The notes beneath the pieces are model-generated. The model was not told the DNA's origin and did no database searches. It saw only the letters and a program-made list of their open reading frames with translations. A stretch of DNA of 58,013 bases, filler included, from Catajapyx aquilonaris (lineage: Eukaryota), in the NCBI GenBank assembly GCA_000934665.2. It is 4 parts of 4 records of this genome, joined end to end, with 100 filler letters (N's around TTAATTAATTAA, not from the genome) between each part and the next. Parts side by side here need not be neighbours in the genome. Positions count along the whole stretch, not along the records: positions 14,522 to 28,942 come from JYFJ02007781.1; positions 29,043 to 43,499 come from JYFJ02007782.1; 2 more parts are not named here. One strand, given 5' to 3'. Made by a program: the position numbers and the translations under genes. Shown piece by piece: positions 23,691 through 39,339 of the stretch. Numbering within the stretch: position 1 is the first letter of the stretch; the number at the start of each line of letters is the position of its first letter.

Positions 23691-26600
23691 TATTTCAAGC
23701 AGCACTTTGAGAAGTTCCCTTGTGAGTCACACCCAATATTCCCAGCATATACTGTATAGGCAGAACTTCAAAATAAAAATAAAAGATGTTGGTGGTTAAG
23801 TCTTAGGCTGACAGGGAGGCAGGACTTCCTAAATCACACCTAGGAAATGATGTATTATGAAAATAGTCCTGGAGCATATTCTTGAGAGAATGTGATAGAA
23901 AGCACCTGAAGAACACAGTAGTTGTTGTAGTAGTAACATGTATGACCTCAAAATCCAAGTAGGAAAGTCATAATTCTAATCAGTACAAATATTTTATTAC
24001 AAAAATTGTTCTCTAATACAATAGGACATCACACCAGTTCACATCAAGTTTTCTTTTAAAATCTATACAACATTTCACTACACCATCTGCCGTTGAAGTA
24101 AAACTGACATGCACAAGACTTATTAGTGTAGAGCATCAAAAAATAACTCATACAGCTTCACTAGGTTGCAAGAATTCCAATATCAAGTCTTTCCATGTGA
24201 CCAAGCACAAATCCTTTTCCTACATGGAAAAAAAAAAAAAAAATCTACTGCAGGAAAGAGGAAACATATTACATGGGTACCACATTCTTATAAAATACAC
24301 AGAGCCTTCTATCAACACAAGGATTTACAGTAGTTTCATTTAGCAAAGCAATGTCTCTGTAATCAAGGTACATGCAAAACTGTTTATGGCAAAAAAGAAC
24401 GTAATGGCACCCTACAATGCACATTTAGCCATGTGCCAAAAAACTCAATTAATGACTGCAGTACAAAATCCTGGGACTCTACAAAGCAAGTAGTGAACAA
24501 ATTCCTGTGCAAAAAATTAGTATAAAAATACACATCTGGATGTGGTACTGTACATTGTTGCCCAATGCAAATAACAAAAAACTCAGCTCTCTCAAAAAGT
24601 CTGATACACCAAGTATGCATAGGATGAGAAGTCACAGTGGTTTGTATCCAGTAGCACATCAGAGTATGAATGGGAAGCATTGTTCTTCTCTTATTGTTCA
24701 CTAGTTTGGCAACCCTCGGGATGCTCATTGCTAGGGAGGGATCATTTCTTTTTTGTTTCCAGGTTCATCTACTGCCAACGCAACAAATCTGTGTGAGATT
24801 TGTCAAACAATCCATTCTTTATTTACATGAGCTAGAATAAACCTGTAAAAAGGATATAATACTTGTGCAGGACCAAAAAATGGTCTTGGCCAGTCAACTC
24901 CTGCCCTGACACCTCTATGACTGATCCTCAGGGCCAAAATGCGATATTTTTTGGGCACAGACTTGCTGCCAGGGAGTATACAATGTGGGGCAGAATTTCA
25001 CATGAATGTATGCCCAGCCTACCATATATATTTGGTAGGGTTAGATGGATCTGTGCTTAAATATGTGACATGACATATTGCCTGCTTTGATCTGAATAAG
25101 GACACACGACACTGTAACACTGTTCTGTATGTCATTAGTGCAATGCAGAGGTTCACTGAAAATGTAACTACATAAGGCAGATTTCCCTGGTGGGTGGGAG
25201 TACATAAATTGCAGGTCTACATTCTTTCTAAATTAGATTTGAAATGCTGTATGTCTAGTACTTTACAATAGCATTTCACGCACTACATAACTCAAGTTGT
25301 AGTACCACCCCTTCCAACAGTACAACAGCAGTCACTCTTATGATTGGCACTACAAGCACGTTAATGATGTTCCACCTAAGAATGACGGTCATCCACAAAA
25401 AGCCATAAGAGGTTAGCTATGCTGTGATACCACAGCCACTGGCTTCCCAGAACTGGAATGTAATTTTAATTGCCAATAAAAGCCCCCCTCCCCATTGTTT
25501 TAACCACTTGGTTTGGATTCACATTGTCCAGTGACACTGACTTGTGAATTGAAAAGGTTCTGCTAGTGCACCCTGAATTGAATTGATTCTGACATAAAAA
25601 TATGTATCCAAAAGGGTTCTGATATAGGAAATGCACTTACAGAACTAGCAATGGAACTTGCATTCTGATATCACTAGCCTTTCAGCTGGATTCTCTGGCT
25701 GATCTGCACAGCTATGGAAGTTTGGATCGAAGAGTGCCAAGGATTCTCTCTGTATGAGTTTGGGGTTCCACGCACCAGACACAGGATCAGCTTCGTAACT
25801 TTTTTCTCTTTTTCTAATCATGTTTTTTTTTCTTCTCCTCCATTTCATGCTGCCCTATTACCCAGTATGTATAATTTTATCCAAAAGTACTTATCCTCTT
25901 TGATCTAACTTTTCTTATTCCATGCTAATCTTGGACTATGGCTTTTTAAGGGGCACTGCACTCAGCTGGCAAATTAGTCTCTAAAAAAAAAGCACAAAAG
26001 GTTTTTCTCACAAATAAAAGGTACACCTAGGGCAAAGTTGGAAATAATGCACTGTCTGCTGCAGAATGTTTAACAAGCAAGGGGACCATCAGTGACACCC
26101 CAGCAGCAAATTCAAAGACCAACAATGATTAGTTGGGAGAGAATGGGCCTCATGTGTGGAGGAAGCTAACTCACAGCTTCTCTCTCTGAGTCAAGTTGCC
26201 AGATGTAGTGCAAGGTATCATCATTTCTTGCTTTTCTGCCACTTTCTGCCTTCTTCAAAAAGACTCAAATGGTCCCACCTAGTCCAGCAGGACAAGGACT
26301 TAGATCCGGACAGTCTGGATTTATGAATGTAACCCACTGGAATTATTTTCTAACTAACGATAGTCCCACTGGGCAAATATCTGCATGGGAACTTGTGGTG
26401 ACGGTTGAAAAAAGGCCTCTCTGTTGAAATTGGGAGATCAATGAGAACATGGCATAAGGGTTTTTTTTTTCTGCAATGGGGTAAAAATGGTGACATTGTC
26501 AAAAACTTCCAGCATAATTATTGAAATTATTTGTATTTAGAAAACTGAGAAAATTCTCCACCAAAACCCTGACCCTTTCTTGAGAGACACTTGTAATTCA

Positions 26601-27162
26601 CCAACAGAAATACTATTTCCCCACTGTGGTAGCTTTTATCAGGTCTGTCTTGCGTTAATTTCTAGTTTCCGTGTTCAAAGTCAAGCTGTCATTGTGATGT
26701 CAGTACTCAAGTTCCTATCCCCCTAATTCACATGGCATGCAACCATTTATTTAAAAACATTACCAGACAGTATTGTAGAGACACATAAGGTGAATGAATG
26801 AAAAAATGACTGACAAAACAGTACGGACTCTTCCATGTAGCTCTTCCAGGCAAACAATTATGATTAAATAAAACACAATCCGCACCTTATATGTATGGCA
26901 TATGAACTTTTGTTAGAAACGACGAAACAGACATATGTAACAATAATAGGAAATGTGTTAGGTTATGAGTGTTTGGCTTAAGGATTGAAAATTTGTTAAA
27001 CATTAATAATTTTTTTACAAATTTCATGTTCAGGAAGAGAATAACCTATCACGTTTAGCACAGAGCTTCTTACAACACTGTTGGTAAACATTACAATTAC
27101 AAACAAGTTGTGGAGTACAATTTTGCAATACGAGGCACTCATTTCTGATAGTTCATCATTAT

Positions 27163-28389
27163 TTATGGCTGGTTCAAGTAATTGAGCCACCCACGATTGT
27201 TACTTCCAGGCTGTGGGGGGCGAACATGAATAACTTGCACCATACCTGATGCAGCAGCGGCAGCTGCTGCTGAAGCAACGACAGTCCCGTACTCATCCCG
27301 GCGTATCAATGAAGCATTGTTGCCTTGTTGTTGCTGGTACGTGGCTGTACTAGTTGTTGTTACCTGTGATGGATTTGTAACACCAGGCGCTGCTGCAACT
27401 AGCTGTGCCAGAGCTTGTTGTGTTGTGTGATGTGTCAGGCCATCATATACACTTTCAACTATCATGTGGTCAACAACCCCTGGAATCCCAACCATGTTGG
27501 AATCTTGTTGCTGTTGCGTTTCTGGTGCTAATATGACCTGAACTTTACCATCAGTATACCCAGATGTCACCATATCTTTAGAAGGATCTTCCATACTATC
27601 TGGTAAAATCATTTTAACAGCTTCATCTTCTTCCGGTGACACTGATGGCAGTTGTGGTCGATTAACTATAATGGTATCTTCCATATGACGTGCTGTTTGC
27701 ATATGACTGAACAGTGTCGGTTTTCGCATAAAGCCTTGTCCACAAACTTTACACTCATATGGTTTTTTTTCAGAGTGAATGAAACGATGTGCGTTACGGT
27801 TATCACGAGAATTAAACGCCTTGCCACAAATCTCACACTTATATGGTTTCTCCCCTGTATGAATGCGCAAGTGCTTCTTATAATGCTCAGGGTATACAAA
27901 TCCTGCATTGCACAACTCACATTTATATGGCCTTTCTCCAGTATGCACACTCTTTACATGATAGTCAAGAAGGCGGCGGCGCTTGAATCCTTTGCCACAT
28001 TGATCACACTTATACCGCTTGTCGTCATAGTGTGTCGCACGCTTGTGCGACTGAAGGTTGGACCTCTGAGAAAAGGTTGCTCCACACAATTCACACTGAA
28101 ATGGCTTCTCCCCTGTATGGATCCGCTCATGGTCAACTATCTCAGCACGTCGGGCAAAGGACTTTCCACAATGCTTGCATGTGTGAGGCTTGTATCCTGT
28201 GTGCACAACACTATGCACCTCAAGGTTCCGTGCAGTACCAAATGCTTTCCCACATGTCTCACAGATGTAATTCTTTTGCCCTGAGTGGGTCTTCTCATGT
28301 TCCTGGAGGTGGTGGGCATTCAGGAACGATTTGCTGCAGCTTTTGCAATTATATGGGCGTGGTCGGACACTGTGAATCTTCATATGCAC
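27163..28389 (-). CDS. Terminal exon of a C2H2 zinc-finger transcription factor (8 complete fingers, then a Q/A/T-rich tail)
   Basis: Acceptor TTCACTCAG at 28390; CxxC...HxxxH fingers with TGEKP linkers. 5' exons lie beyond the contig end; a long 3' UTR may reach AATAAA at ~23995. Confidence 0.92.
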   Translation of the reverse strand: MHMKIHSVRPRPYNCKSCSKSFLNAHHLQEHEKTHSGQKNYICETCGKAFGTARNLEVHSVVHTGYKPHTCKHCGKSFARRAEIVDHERIHTGEKPFQCELCGATFSQRSNLQSHKRATHYDDKRYKCDQCGKGFKRRRLLDYHVKSVHTGERPYKCELCNAGFVYPEHYKKHLRIHTGEKPYKCEICGKAFNSRDNRNAHRFIHSEKKPYECKVCGQGFMRKPTLFSHMQTARHMEDTIIVNRPQLPSVSPEEDEAVKMILPDSMEDPSKDMVTSGYTDGKVQVILAPETQQQQDSNMVGIPGVVDHMIVESVYDGLTHHTTQQALAQLVAAAPGVTNPSQVTTTSTATYQQQQGNNASLIRRDEYGTVVASAAAAAAASGMVQVIHVRPPQPGSNNRGWLNYLNQP

Positions 28390-28942
28390 CTGAGTGAAGA
28401 GCAATTTAAAATTTTAATTAGAAAGGACACTGCAGAGGTAATGTCTAATGCAGAAAGTGGGTTAAGAGCGCGCTCTAGGCTACGCGATCCATTGTTGCGG
28501 GGAGCCCGTCGCGGCCCGGCCCGTGAGTTTGACACTTCTTCCTCTTGCTGTCACGGTCGCAAATATGGAGGTATCGGCATGAAACTGGAGTATCTGGACG
28601 CGAAAGAGTTGCACTTTGAGATGGTGCATTTATTTTTCTCCTGGGGCGATATTTGCGGCCGCCGCGGCCAGGTACAGTTTTTGATTTTGACCCGCAATCA
28701 CTCCTTTCCATGTCGGTACCTGTGAGATTCGAGACAGTGACAAGGTTTTTAGGCCGAATTACCGTAAGTGTGTGAAAGGGCACGAGTGTGGCAGTCTTGG
28801 TTTGGCCAAACTTAGGGATGAAAAATACCCCCCTCCATGAACAATAAGAACTCGCAGGAAGAACGCGACGATCTGGCAGCGCCGCGCTGACTGCCAGTTC
28901 CGTAACCACGGTAAGCAACAGCGTTACCAACTGTGCCACCCT

Positions 28943-29042
28943 NNNNNNNNNNNNNNNNNNNNNNNNNNNNNNNNNNNNNNNNNNNNTTAATTAATTAANN
29001 NNNNNNNNNNNNNNNNNNNNNNNNNNNNNNNNNNNNNNNNNN
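28943..29042. other. Artificial assembly spacer
   Basis: 100-nt N/TTAATTAATTAA/N. Confidence 0.97.
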
Positions 29043-29387
29043 GGTGTATGTTCCTGGGCTTGGCTCAATTTTGACATTTTTGTGGGTTGACCCATTATTG
29101 CATAACACTGTCCAATTATCCCTCCACTATCAATCACTTCTGTGTAGGTTGACTGCCACCAATTCAACATATGTACTGTACCAGACACTACACACGGGTT
29201 TGCTGCTATAAATAAATAAATAAATAACATATTTTGATAATCTATACGTATGTAAGGCAAAAAAATAACATTTGTTTGCCTGTGGCAACAGAATTTTGTT
29301 GATGATTAGTCTGATTACCATAGAAACAGGCCTGTAAATGGTTTCAAATTTTGCACTTCCCCCAATTTTTTTATCCAAATTTTTTTA

Positions 29388-29550
29388 TGTCCCCTCCACC
29401 CAATGTATCTCCACCTTTCCGTGGTGGTGGGCTTTCGTTTTCCCATGATCCTGAAGAGCTATGCCGGCGGTAGTTTCGTCTACTGGTAGGGGCGCCCAAG
29501 TCAGACAGGTCTTTGGGATAGGAGGCAGACTAAGAGAGATACCAGTCTTT
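29388..29550 (+). mobile_element. Isolated 5' leader of an RTE-clade LINE
   Basis: CCACCTTTCCGTGGTGGTGGGCTTTCG...ATGATCCTGAAGAGCTATGCCGG...CTGGTAGGGGCGCCCAAGTCAGACAGGTC...CAGACTAAGAG resembles, from memory, Bov-B/Expander 5' UTRs. Confidence 0.6.
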
Positions 29551-29950
29551 CCTCTCTTCTTTTTCCTCTTCGTTTCTCTCTCCATCTGCCCCACGTTTTT
29601 GTATTCTGATAACCACATAGCCATAGTTGTGTGGCTCTTTATTACGCAAACAAATCAGAATTTTTACACCCTTCCAGTGCCTACATAATTATGCAAGGGA
29701 ATGAGCAGTTTTGCATTTAATATTGCTTGAGATCTAAGAAGATTTCGGTGTAATTACCCACGCTCTTTTTTTCCCCGTGCGAAGAACGGGTACCGCTGCT
29801 AGTCATTACATAAATTCATGTGAGCAAGCCAATCTTTTGATAAAATTTTGAAATATTTGTTGTGCCTCGGATCAACAGATGAAATATCGTGATATCACAC
29901 TTTTTCTCGCATCTTACAGGCAAAAAAACGAAATAATATTTGCACTTCAC

Positions 29951-32030
29951 CTGCTGCACTTCTAGCTTGTCTTTCTGGTAGTAGATGTAATCAAGGCAGT
30001 CTGCAAATCCCGATGTGTAATTCGTGTACTCTGGAGTCCCGCAAGCACTGTCCATTTGGAATGGATGGGTCAAGGTGACACCAGTAATCCGCTCATCCTC
30101 TTCTACATGAAATAATAACATATCATCAATGTGTTTTAAATAATCGTACGCGAGTGACACTTACTGCTCTTCCAGTCCAGGTAATCTTCTGGTATGAGTC
30201 GAGTGGTCATTAGCTGGTAGATGCCAAACTCAGGGGTACTATTGAAGTCACCACATAATATCAGAGTTACGTCCTTCTGCTGAGCCTGCATAAAATGATC
30301 CGTAACTGGTAACTCAATGTCGCAATCAATTTTTAAATAATCAAATGAGACAATTCATGTTCCCACTGGGAACATTGCAATGCTCAGGTGCATCGCTATA
30401 CCTTCTCTTGGCTCCGGACAATCTTCTCTAGGTACATCATACACATCCCTCCTTGTAAAACCCTGATGTGATCCGCATCTGGATGGAAGTAGAGATGAGT
30501 TACTCCAAGCACCAGTCTTCTGGAAGGCTCAGTCTTCGAGTCCAGTATGACCACCTGAAGGGCTGTGGTGCGTTCCGTGACTCGTTTGCTTAGAGCCTCG
30601 TTGGACTGAATTTTGCTCCAGAGATCTGAGAAAAGCGGGTCGTTCTGGATGGCCTCTGCTAGAATCACACACTCAGACGACACCAACCTGGAATGGGACG
30701 CGACTTATTACTTTGCCTTTGAATGCCTATGTAATTTTCTTACTCAAATTTGTCTCGCTGGAAAAAGCTGGCAAGACCCTCGTTAACTTCTCCGCCTTTT
30801 CGATTGAAAACTCCATCAAAACCGACAGACTCCAGAACTGGGCTCAGGTCTCCAGAAAACACTTTGGTATCGACCTCCTGTAAGCAAATCAGGTCTGCGT
30901 TGTACCCCATCAGCTCCTTCATCACCAGCTGCTTCCTGTAGTCTATAGCCAATGCATAAGGAGGGCAGTATGGATGCAGCACGGTGCGAGTGAAGTCTGA
31001 ATCAGCGTACAGGTCAGCCAAGATGTTGTAGGTCACTATACGAAAGCCCTCTCTGTTCACTCGCTCTGTTGTGAAGTTGTGTCTGGTTTCAAATGGGCAA
31101 ACACCAGGACCGGCCTCGACTGGCGTGGCCGACGTGCACGACTTATCAACGCCTTCTTTGCCATCTGCAAACGGAGTGCAGACCAACCGAAGGTGCTTTC
31201 CAATAGCGGAAGTACTAGGCGTGTAGTAAAATCCATCTCCAACCACTTCCCAGTCATCGTCTTTCATAGGTTTCGCCTAATTGGTAAAAAGGTCCGAATT
31301 AGTCGTTACATTTCTCACATTTGAACAGTACTCACTGCATCTGTCTGAACTTCCTTGCTGCAGAACCATTTGAAAGTGCAGTGTTCTCTGGCTGCAAACT
31401 GGACGACAAATGGCGACGGATAGACAGGGAACCCAGACATGATACTCTTGGGCAAACCTATCTGCACGATCAGTGGCGGATTTACGACTACAGGGAACTC
31501 GCAGTCGTTGACGCGAAGTAGTATGGGCATGTTGAACAGGACATTCCTGCGAACAAGTAATTTTCACACAGAGCTGTGAATCAGGACAATTCATTTTACA
31601 TGAGCACGTGTCAGCGATTGTAACCAGACCTGCAAACATGTAGCGGCTCAAGTGGCTCTCCCGATTCTTGCTTCACCAACTGCACCTTCACGGCTGCCTC
31701 CTCTTCCGCCTCCGCATCTTCCACAGCCTCCCCTCCAGCCTGCGCCTTCTTGAGCGCCTTCCGCTTCTTCTTCATCACCTTCTTCTCCACGATCTTGGCC
31801 ACGTTGGCCGCAATCCTCCCGCTGAACTGCTCCACCGTGTCATCAAAAGACCTCCTGAAGTTGAACTGCCGGGTGACCCCCAGCTTCTGGTCCTGGTAGT
31901 CGAACGAGAACTCAAAGTGGGTGTCTCCATCCTTGTGCAGGAGAACCGCGCTGGTCATCCTGGACACGGATCGGACGGAAAATGAGTGGCAGACGGCGGC
32001 TGTCGCACGGACAAATGCACCTCGCAGCAT
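29951..32030 (-). CDS. PDE12: 2',5'-phosphodiesterase 12 (mitochondrial deadenylase, EEP/CCR4 family); last exon missing
   Basis: Exons 32030-31630, 31546-31336, 31276-30744, 30687-30402, 30285-30165, 30102-29951 (568 codons); motifs TYNILAD, LQEVD, THLYFHP, CGDFNS, CLDYIYY; N-terminus resembles a mitochondrial presequence. Confidence 0.93.
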
Positions 32031-33324
32031 GTGGGGGAAAGTCAGCCGCTGGAATTGTTTTAAAAATGGTTAAAAACCACTCGAACGATTTCATCAACAT
32101 TTTAAACGTCAGTTTAGAGCTAACTGCAGATTCAGTCGATTAACTGTTGTTAACTTTAACTGTTAGTTAAAAGGTTGAAGAAATTGGCGCAATGCCGCAC
32201 TGAGAATAAGACAATTTAATTAAGACTTAACTGGACACAAATTAATGGTCTATGGAGAGTCACACAGTTAATAAATAAACTGGACACAACCTAATGGCTC
32301 ATTAAGATTAATTAATTAACTAACTAACTAACTAACTAGACACAAGCAGCACAAGTCAGCAAAGTACGAGCCTTGATATGGATAAATTAAAGCAGAAAAA
32401 AATATTTCCCATTATTGTGTACACTCTTGGGCTCATGTGTAATTATCCAGTTGCCAATTTTAAGTGTCAAATGTGGTTAAATTAAATTAATTACCTTAAA
32501 ACGAGCGCAGGCCACGTTTTCAGACCCAGTCAGTGAATGGCCTTCATTTGCACCAAACACTGCAACACTGAGCGTCACATTATCACAATTAGGTGCCTAT
32601 TAATTAATTTTAACGTACGTGGCAGGCATTAATAATGGTATGGGCGTGAAAAGTTAATTATAATTAAACCTGAATTAAACCAACTAACTGCTGCTCACTA
32701 AAACGCTTTTTAAAGTCGCAGTGGATTGACGCTCACTTTTCAGTACATATCAGTAATTTGTTGCACTGCAAGTCGCAATTACTACATGATGCAAAGTATG
32801 ACCACGGGGTACACTAGTATCAACGTGGTTACACTAATTAAATTAAGTAATTCGCCAATTTGCAATGTGCGAAATCACGGCTATTTTTAAACGCGACGTG
32901 ATCGCATCATGAGAAATCCAAGATGGCGTCCTCCATGTGAAAATGTGATGTTTTTCTGTCTGAAAATTGCGAAAAACCATCTATTTTGCAAAAATTATTG
33001 GACGATTTATTGCGTACGTATTCATGCTGAACCATTGCGCAATTGTACATCAATTTATATGAAGAATTTTGGACGATACCGGAGTGAAATTCAATTTTGT
33101 CGTAACTGTGCCGCTGTCTGCAAGTTAAAAAAATAATTATTACAGTACTGTAATTGTAAAAATTATTGCGATAAGTACATGTGCAGCACCATACAGTGGT
33201 GCCAAGGCTCTAACTAGCTCTAACACAGGGTATCAAAAGTACATTAATTACAAATAATCAGTACAAATGTCAGTTAATTACATTTTTTGCTCATTTTCAG
33301 AAACATCTGTCGGTGTCACGCGCC
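32031..33324. promoter_or_regulatory. Divergent promoter region of PDE12 and THG1L
   Basis: Head-to-head genes; YY1-like AAGATGGCG at ~32920; acceptor of a 5' UTR intron of THG1L at 33300. Confidence 0.55.
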
Positions 33325-34140
33325 ATGGCAAAGAGCAAGTTTGAGTACGTGCGTGAGTTCGAGGATGATGCCCGCTGCCTCCCTGGTTGCTTCCTGATGG
33401 TACGTGTGGATGGCCGTGCTTTCCATCGATTCTCCGAGAAGCACGACTTCGCCAAACCAAACGACCAACGATGCTTGCAGCTCATGACACGGGCGGCCAA
33501 ATCAGTAATGATGGAATACAAAGAAGTGCGCATCGCATACGGCCAGAGCGATGAGTACAGCTTCGTACTCGGTCGGGACGCTCAGTTGTACAAGCGGAGA
33601 CGAGCGAAAATTGAAACCAATCTGTGCAGTCAGTTCGCTTCTGCCTTCGTTTTCCATTGGGACTCTGAGTTTGGCGAGGACAACGTGAAGCTCAAGTATC
33701 CGCCTGGGTTCGACGCACGAGTGGTTGAGTACCCTTCTGATGAGACCATTAGGGATTATCTGAACTGGCGGCAGGCAGATTGCCACATAAACAACCTTTA
33801 CAACACTGCGTTCTGGGCACTGGTGCAAGAAGGAGGGTTAACGCCTGCAGACGTAAGTGCGATTGATGGCTGATATGTATCGTAATAATAACAACTCTTA
33901 CACCAACAGGCTGAGAAACGCCTCTGCGGCACCGTTTCGTCGGATAAGAACGAGATATTGTTCTCCGAGTTTGGCCGCAACTACAACAATGAGCCCGAGA
34001 TGTACCGCAAGGGGACGGTGCTGGTCCGCAAGAAAGTTCCTCCGCCCGAAGGAGGAAAAGCTCGCTCAACAATTCTCCCGCTCCATTGTGACATAATCGG
34101 CGACTCCTTCTGGCAGGAAAACCCTGAAATACTTAAATGA
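33325..34140 (+). CDS. THG1L: tRNA(His) guanylyltransferase, 252 aa
   Basis: Exons 33325-33852 and 33910-34140; [45 protein letters not shown]. Confidence 0.97.
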
Positions 34141-34377
34141 CATCAAGACAATATTAAAAGAATGTTATTGAACTGGACATCTCCACATTATAATTATTAA
34201 CTCTTTAGATCTCATCAAGGAACTGAAATGACAACAATGCGATTTTAACATTATCTACACATATTATTTTTCCACTGTACACAAATGTATGGGCCAAATG
34301 AAATACTGAAAACAGACAACCAACCCCCTACATTGGAATGCAACGCAATGAACAACAAGACTAGAACGCAATCGATT

Positions 34378-36467
34378 TTAGAATATGGGAATGTAGTTGT
34401 CGATCTTGGCTCTGTGCTTCTGAGCGACACACTCGGCGATCCAGACAACGTTGCGGCACTCCTGCTCCTTCAGCTTCAGGTAGGAGTAAAAGACGCCGAA
34501 GTGGAATTGATGCAGGAAGGCAAACACGTTCAGCTTGACTTCATGCTCGAAGAATTTGTCCTCGAGGGTCTTCTCACCCGGATTGTTGCCGGCGCCTTCA
34601 AAGAGTGCACGGTACTCCTGTTAACAGAAAAAATGGCATTAGCGTCACAAACGGTGACGTAAAAGGATCAGCAAACTGTAATCACCGAATTTTACACATA
34701 ACATCATGTGACTGGTTAATCACTGCCTTGTGATTCAGCTGTTGATAAGATGCAGGTGAGTGTACGATGCATTTTAGCAACCAGCTTTGATGCAATTAAT
34801 GCCAGAAACATGTTGCGGAATCATAAAATGAACTTACAGCGTAATACTCAGCCACTGCTTTAACCTGCTCGTAGTCGTCTGCTCGGGCTAAGGCTGCCAA
34901 TCCGTCCGGATTTAGCCGTCCGCAGCGTGGATACAACTTTGCCCTGTCATCCTTAGTAAGTTCGGTGCCAAAAGAGTTGATTGTGATGATGATTGCACGA
35001 CGGTCGGCCTCAAACTGAAGAGACAAAATTGAAGCTCCGTCTTTTTGAAACCGGATCGACAGAAATACTCACAGCCAGGATCTCGCACATAACCTCAGCC
35101 GTGGTTCCTCCCATCTTATGGCACAACTCATAAAAAGCTTCCAGATATGCCTTGTAGAGAGTGTTACGGATTATTTCAATGTTCATCTCGTCCAGGTCCT
35201 GCTCGCTTATGCAGTCTACGAAGAAAGGAGCTGGAAGAACAAACAGTACCGGTTAACCAACAACTACGCAAATCATGACGATTTTTATTTTTAGGTAGCT
35301 CATACCGAGTGGTGTGTCCACCAGCACGGCATTGTACAGCTCGGCTGGAGTGGCAGCAACGTGGATGGCCTCCATCTGCTCGAAGCTTCCAAGCGGGTGA
35401 CACTTCGGAATCAGCTCCGAGATGGGCCTTTGGTGCAGGGTACCCGTGATGAGCAGGATGATGTTGTCTATCATGTAGCTGTAAGTGATGAAGTCCAGGA
35501 AGGTCGAAAGCGGCTCCACCGCATGGTTACGCAAATGCTGGAACTCCACCACCAGCTTCTCCCGCAGCTTATCGTCCAGCACCGACACCGACAGCGGGCT
35601 GGGCTCATTAGCAAGGAAGTTGCTGTAATCCGTGCTCTGCAAATGGAGCTTCAAATCTGAAATGGGTACAAAAATGGGTATGAAACAGGAATCATACCAT
35701 GGGCTATCTCCCCGCCATCGACCTGGAAAAACAAACAAACTTTGCCTTTTATGTACAGGTATGTAATATACATGTATGTAATGTATGTGCATGTAGGCCA
35801 TTGTAATGTATTATGTTGTGTGTATGTAACGTAATTTGTATGTAACATATGTAGGCCTACGTAATGCATGTAATGTATGTGTATGTAGGTCATTGTAATG
35901 TATTATGTTGTGTGTATGTAATGTAATTCGTATGTAACATACGTAGGCCAACGTAATGCATGTAATGTATGTATGTAGGCCATTGTAATGTATTATGTTG
36001 TGTGTATGTAACGTAATTTGTATGTAACATACGTAGGCCTATGCAATGCATTGTATCAGATTGTATGTAATAATTAATGTAATGAAATATGTGTATGGAA
36101 TGTACATAAGGTGGTGAGAATGTAATGTACATAATGTAAGGAATGTACATAATGTAATGTAAGGAATGTACATAATGTAATGTAAGGAATGTACATAATG
36201 TAAAGTGGTAATAATGGAATGTAGATAATGTAATGTATGGAATGTACATTGTAAGGTACATAATGTAATGTATGGAATGTACATTGTAAGGTACATAATG
36301 GAATGTATGGGATGTACAGTACATAATGTAATGCTATGTACTGTACCTTCGAGAGTCTCGCATTCGACCAGATTGATGTAGTCGTTCTGCTTGAGTATCC
36401 CGCACTTGAAGCCCCTGCACAGCCCTTCCAGGTAGCCGTTGTCCGTGTTGAACTCGCACCCCCTCAT
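34378..36467 (-). CDS. ATP6V0D1: V-type proton ATPase V0 subunit d (VhaAC39), 348 aa
   Basis: Exons 36467-36347, 35656-35306, 35230-35073, 35014-34838, 34617-34378; [38 protein letters not shown]-terminal NYIPIF. Confidence 0.97.
35750..36340. repeat. TGTAA/TGTA-based minisatellite in intron 1 of the V-ATPase d gene
   Basis: Three ~90-bp units (CATTGTAATGTATTATGTTGTGTGTATG) followed by AATGTACATAATGT repeats. Confidence 0.9.
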
Positions 36468-37057
36468 CCTCTCTCTCTCGATTCCAGTCAAAATTTCCAA
36501 CCAAAATTTTTCTCCCCAAAAATATTCTGCCCTTCTCTTGATCACAATTCGATCATGTGACGGCTGCTCAGAAAATGAGCCTACAGCGGATGTAACGGAC
36601 GCTCCCATTGGCCCGGTCAAACACGCCATCCGATTGGCTGGATATGCCAAATTAATCATACATTTTGTTCGATTCTGCTAATTAAATTAGTCATCACGCG
36701 TTTAAATACAAATGTTGCATAATTATGACATTTAACGGTGACAATTAATGTGACGTCACAATACAGTGCTGCCATCTTCCTTACTTATGTTGCCTAATTT
36801 CCATTAATTTAAACATCGCCAGTTTAATTAACGACGTGTTAATTAATTCCACTCGTAATTTCGATCCGGTTTAGTGCCTGTTTGTGATTGGTCTTGTTCG
36901 TAGCCCCGCCTTCCAAGCCGGCACCATAAAAGCGGATCATAAGCGGCGTGTCGGTCCCTTTTTAGCTCAGAGCAGCTGCCGTCTACACACTCTCTGCTTC
37001 CTTTCATCTTTTATCCCTTTTTTTGACCCGTACTTGCCCCAAGCTTCAGATAAAGCA
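36468..37057. promoter_or_regulatory. Bidirectional promoter of V-ATPase d and AHCY
   Basis: 590 bp between divergent ATGs; ATTGG/CCAAT boxes; palindromic CRE-like TGTGACGTCACA at ~36749; pyrimidine-rich start before AHCY. Confidence 0.6.
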
Positions 37058-38947
<1,890 letters not shown>

Positions 38948-39339
38948 TGCAACGAAGGATCACCCTTTTCAAAATATGGGCATTAAGTATTCCACTGCGT
39001 TTTTTTTTTTGTTTCTACCAGTTTTTCCTTAATTTTTGTAATGTCGACAGTTTGGAGTGATTTATTCTCTTATGCACTTCATCATGGGATAACTATATAT
39101 TTGTAATGTACAATAAACGACTGAGTATCGTCAACATTTTATTTGAGTACTGCTTTTTGCGAAAATTGCTTCATCCTGCTTGTCCACACAATGTTATACA
39201 TTAAGCAAAATTATTACTTAGCCCTTAGGCTCATCATCTTGTGTTCCTGCAGTGCTTGAACCCAAGTAAACTTTTCTGCCAGTGGCATCAGGAGTGTTAT
39301 AGAGCGAGGGCGATCATTTCGTGAGAAGGTGGCTGCTCT

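Noticed and set aside
28285..28939. ORFs upstream of the zinc-finger exon
   Set aside because: Intronic, repeat-like, no splice-consistent link or recognisable domain.
35890..36324. His/Tyr-rich ORFs
   Set aside because: Translation of the TGTAA minisatellite.
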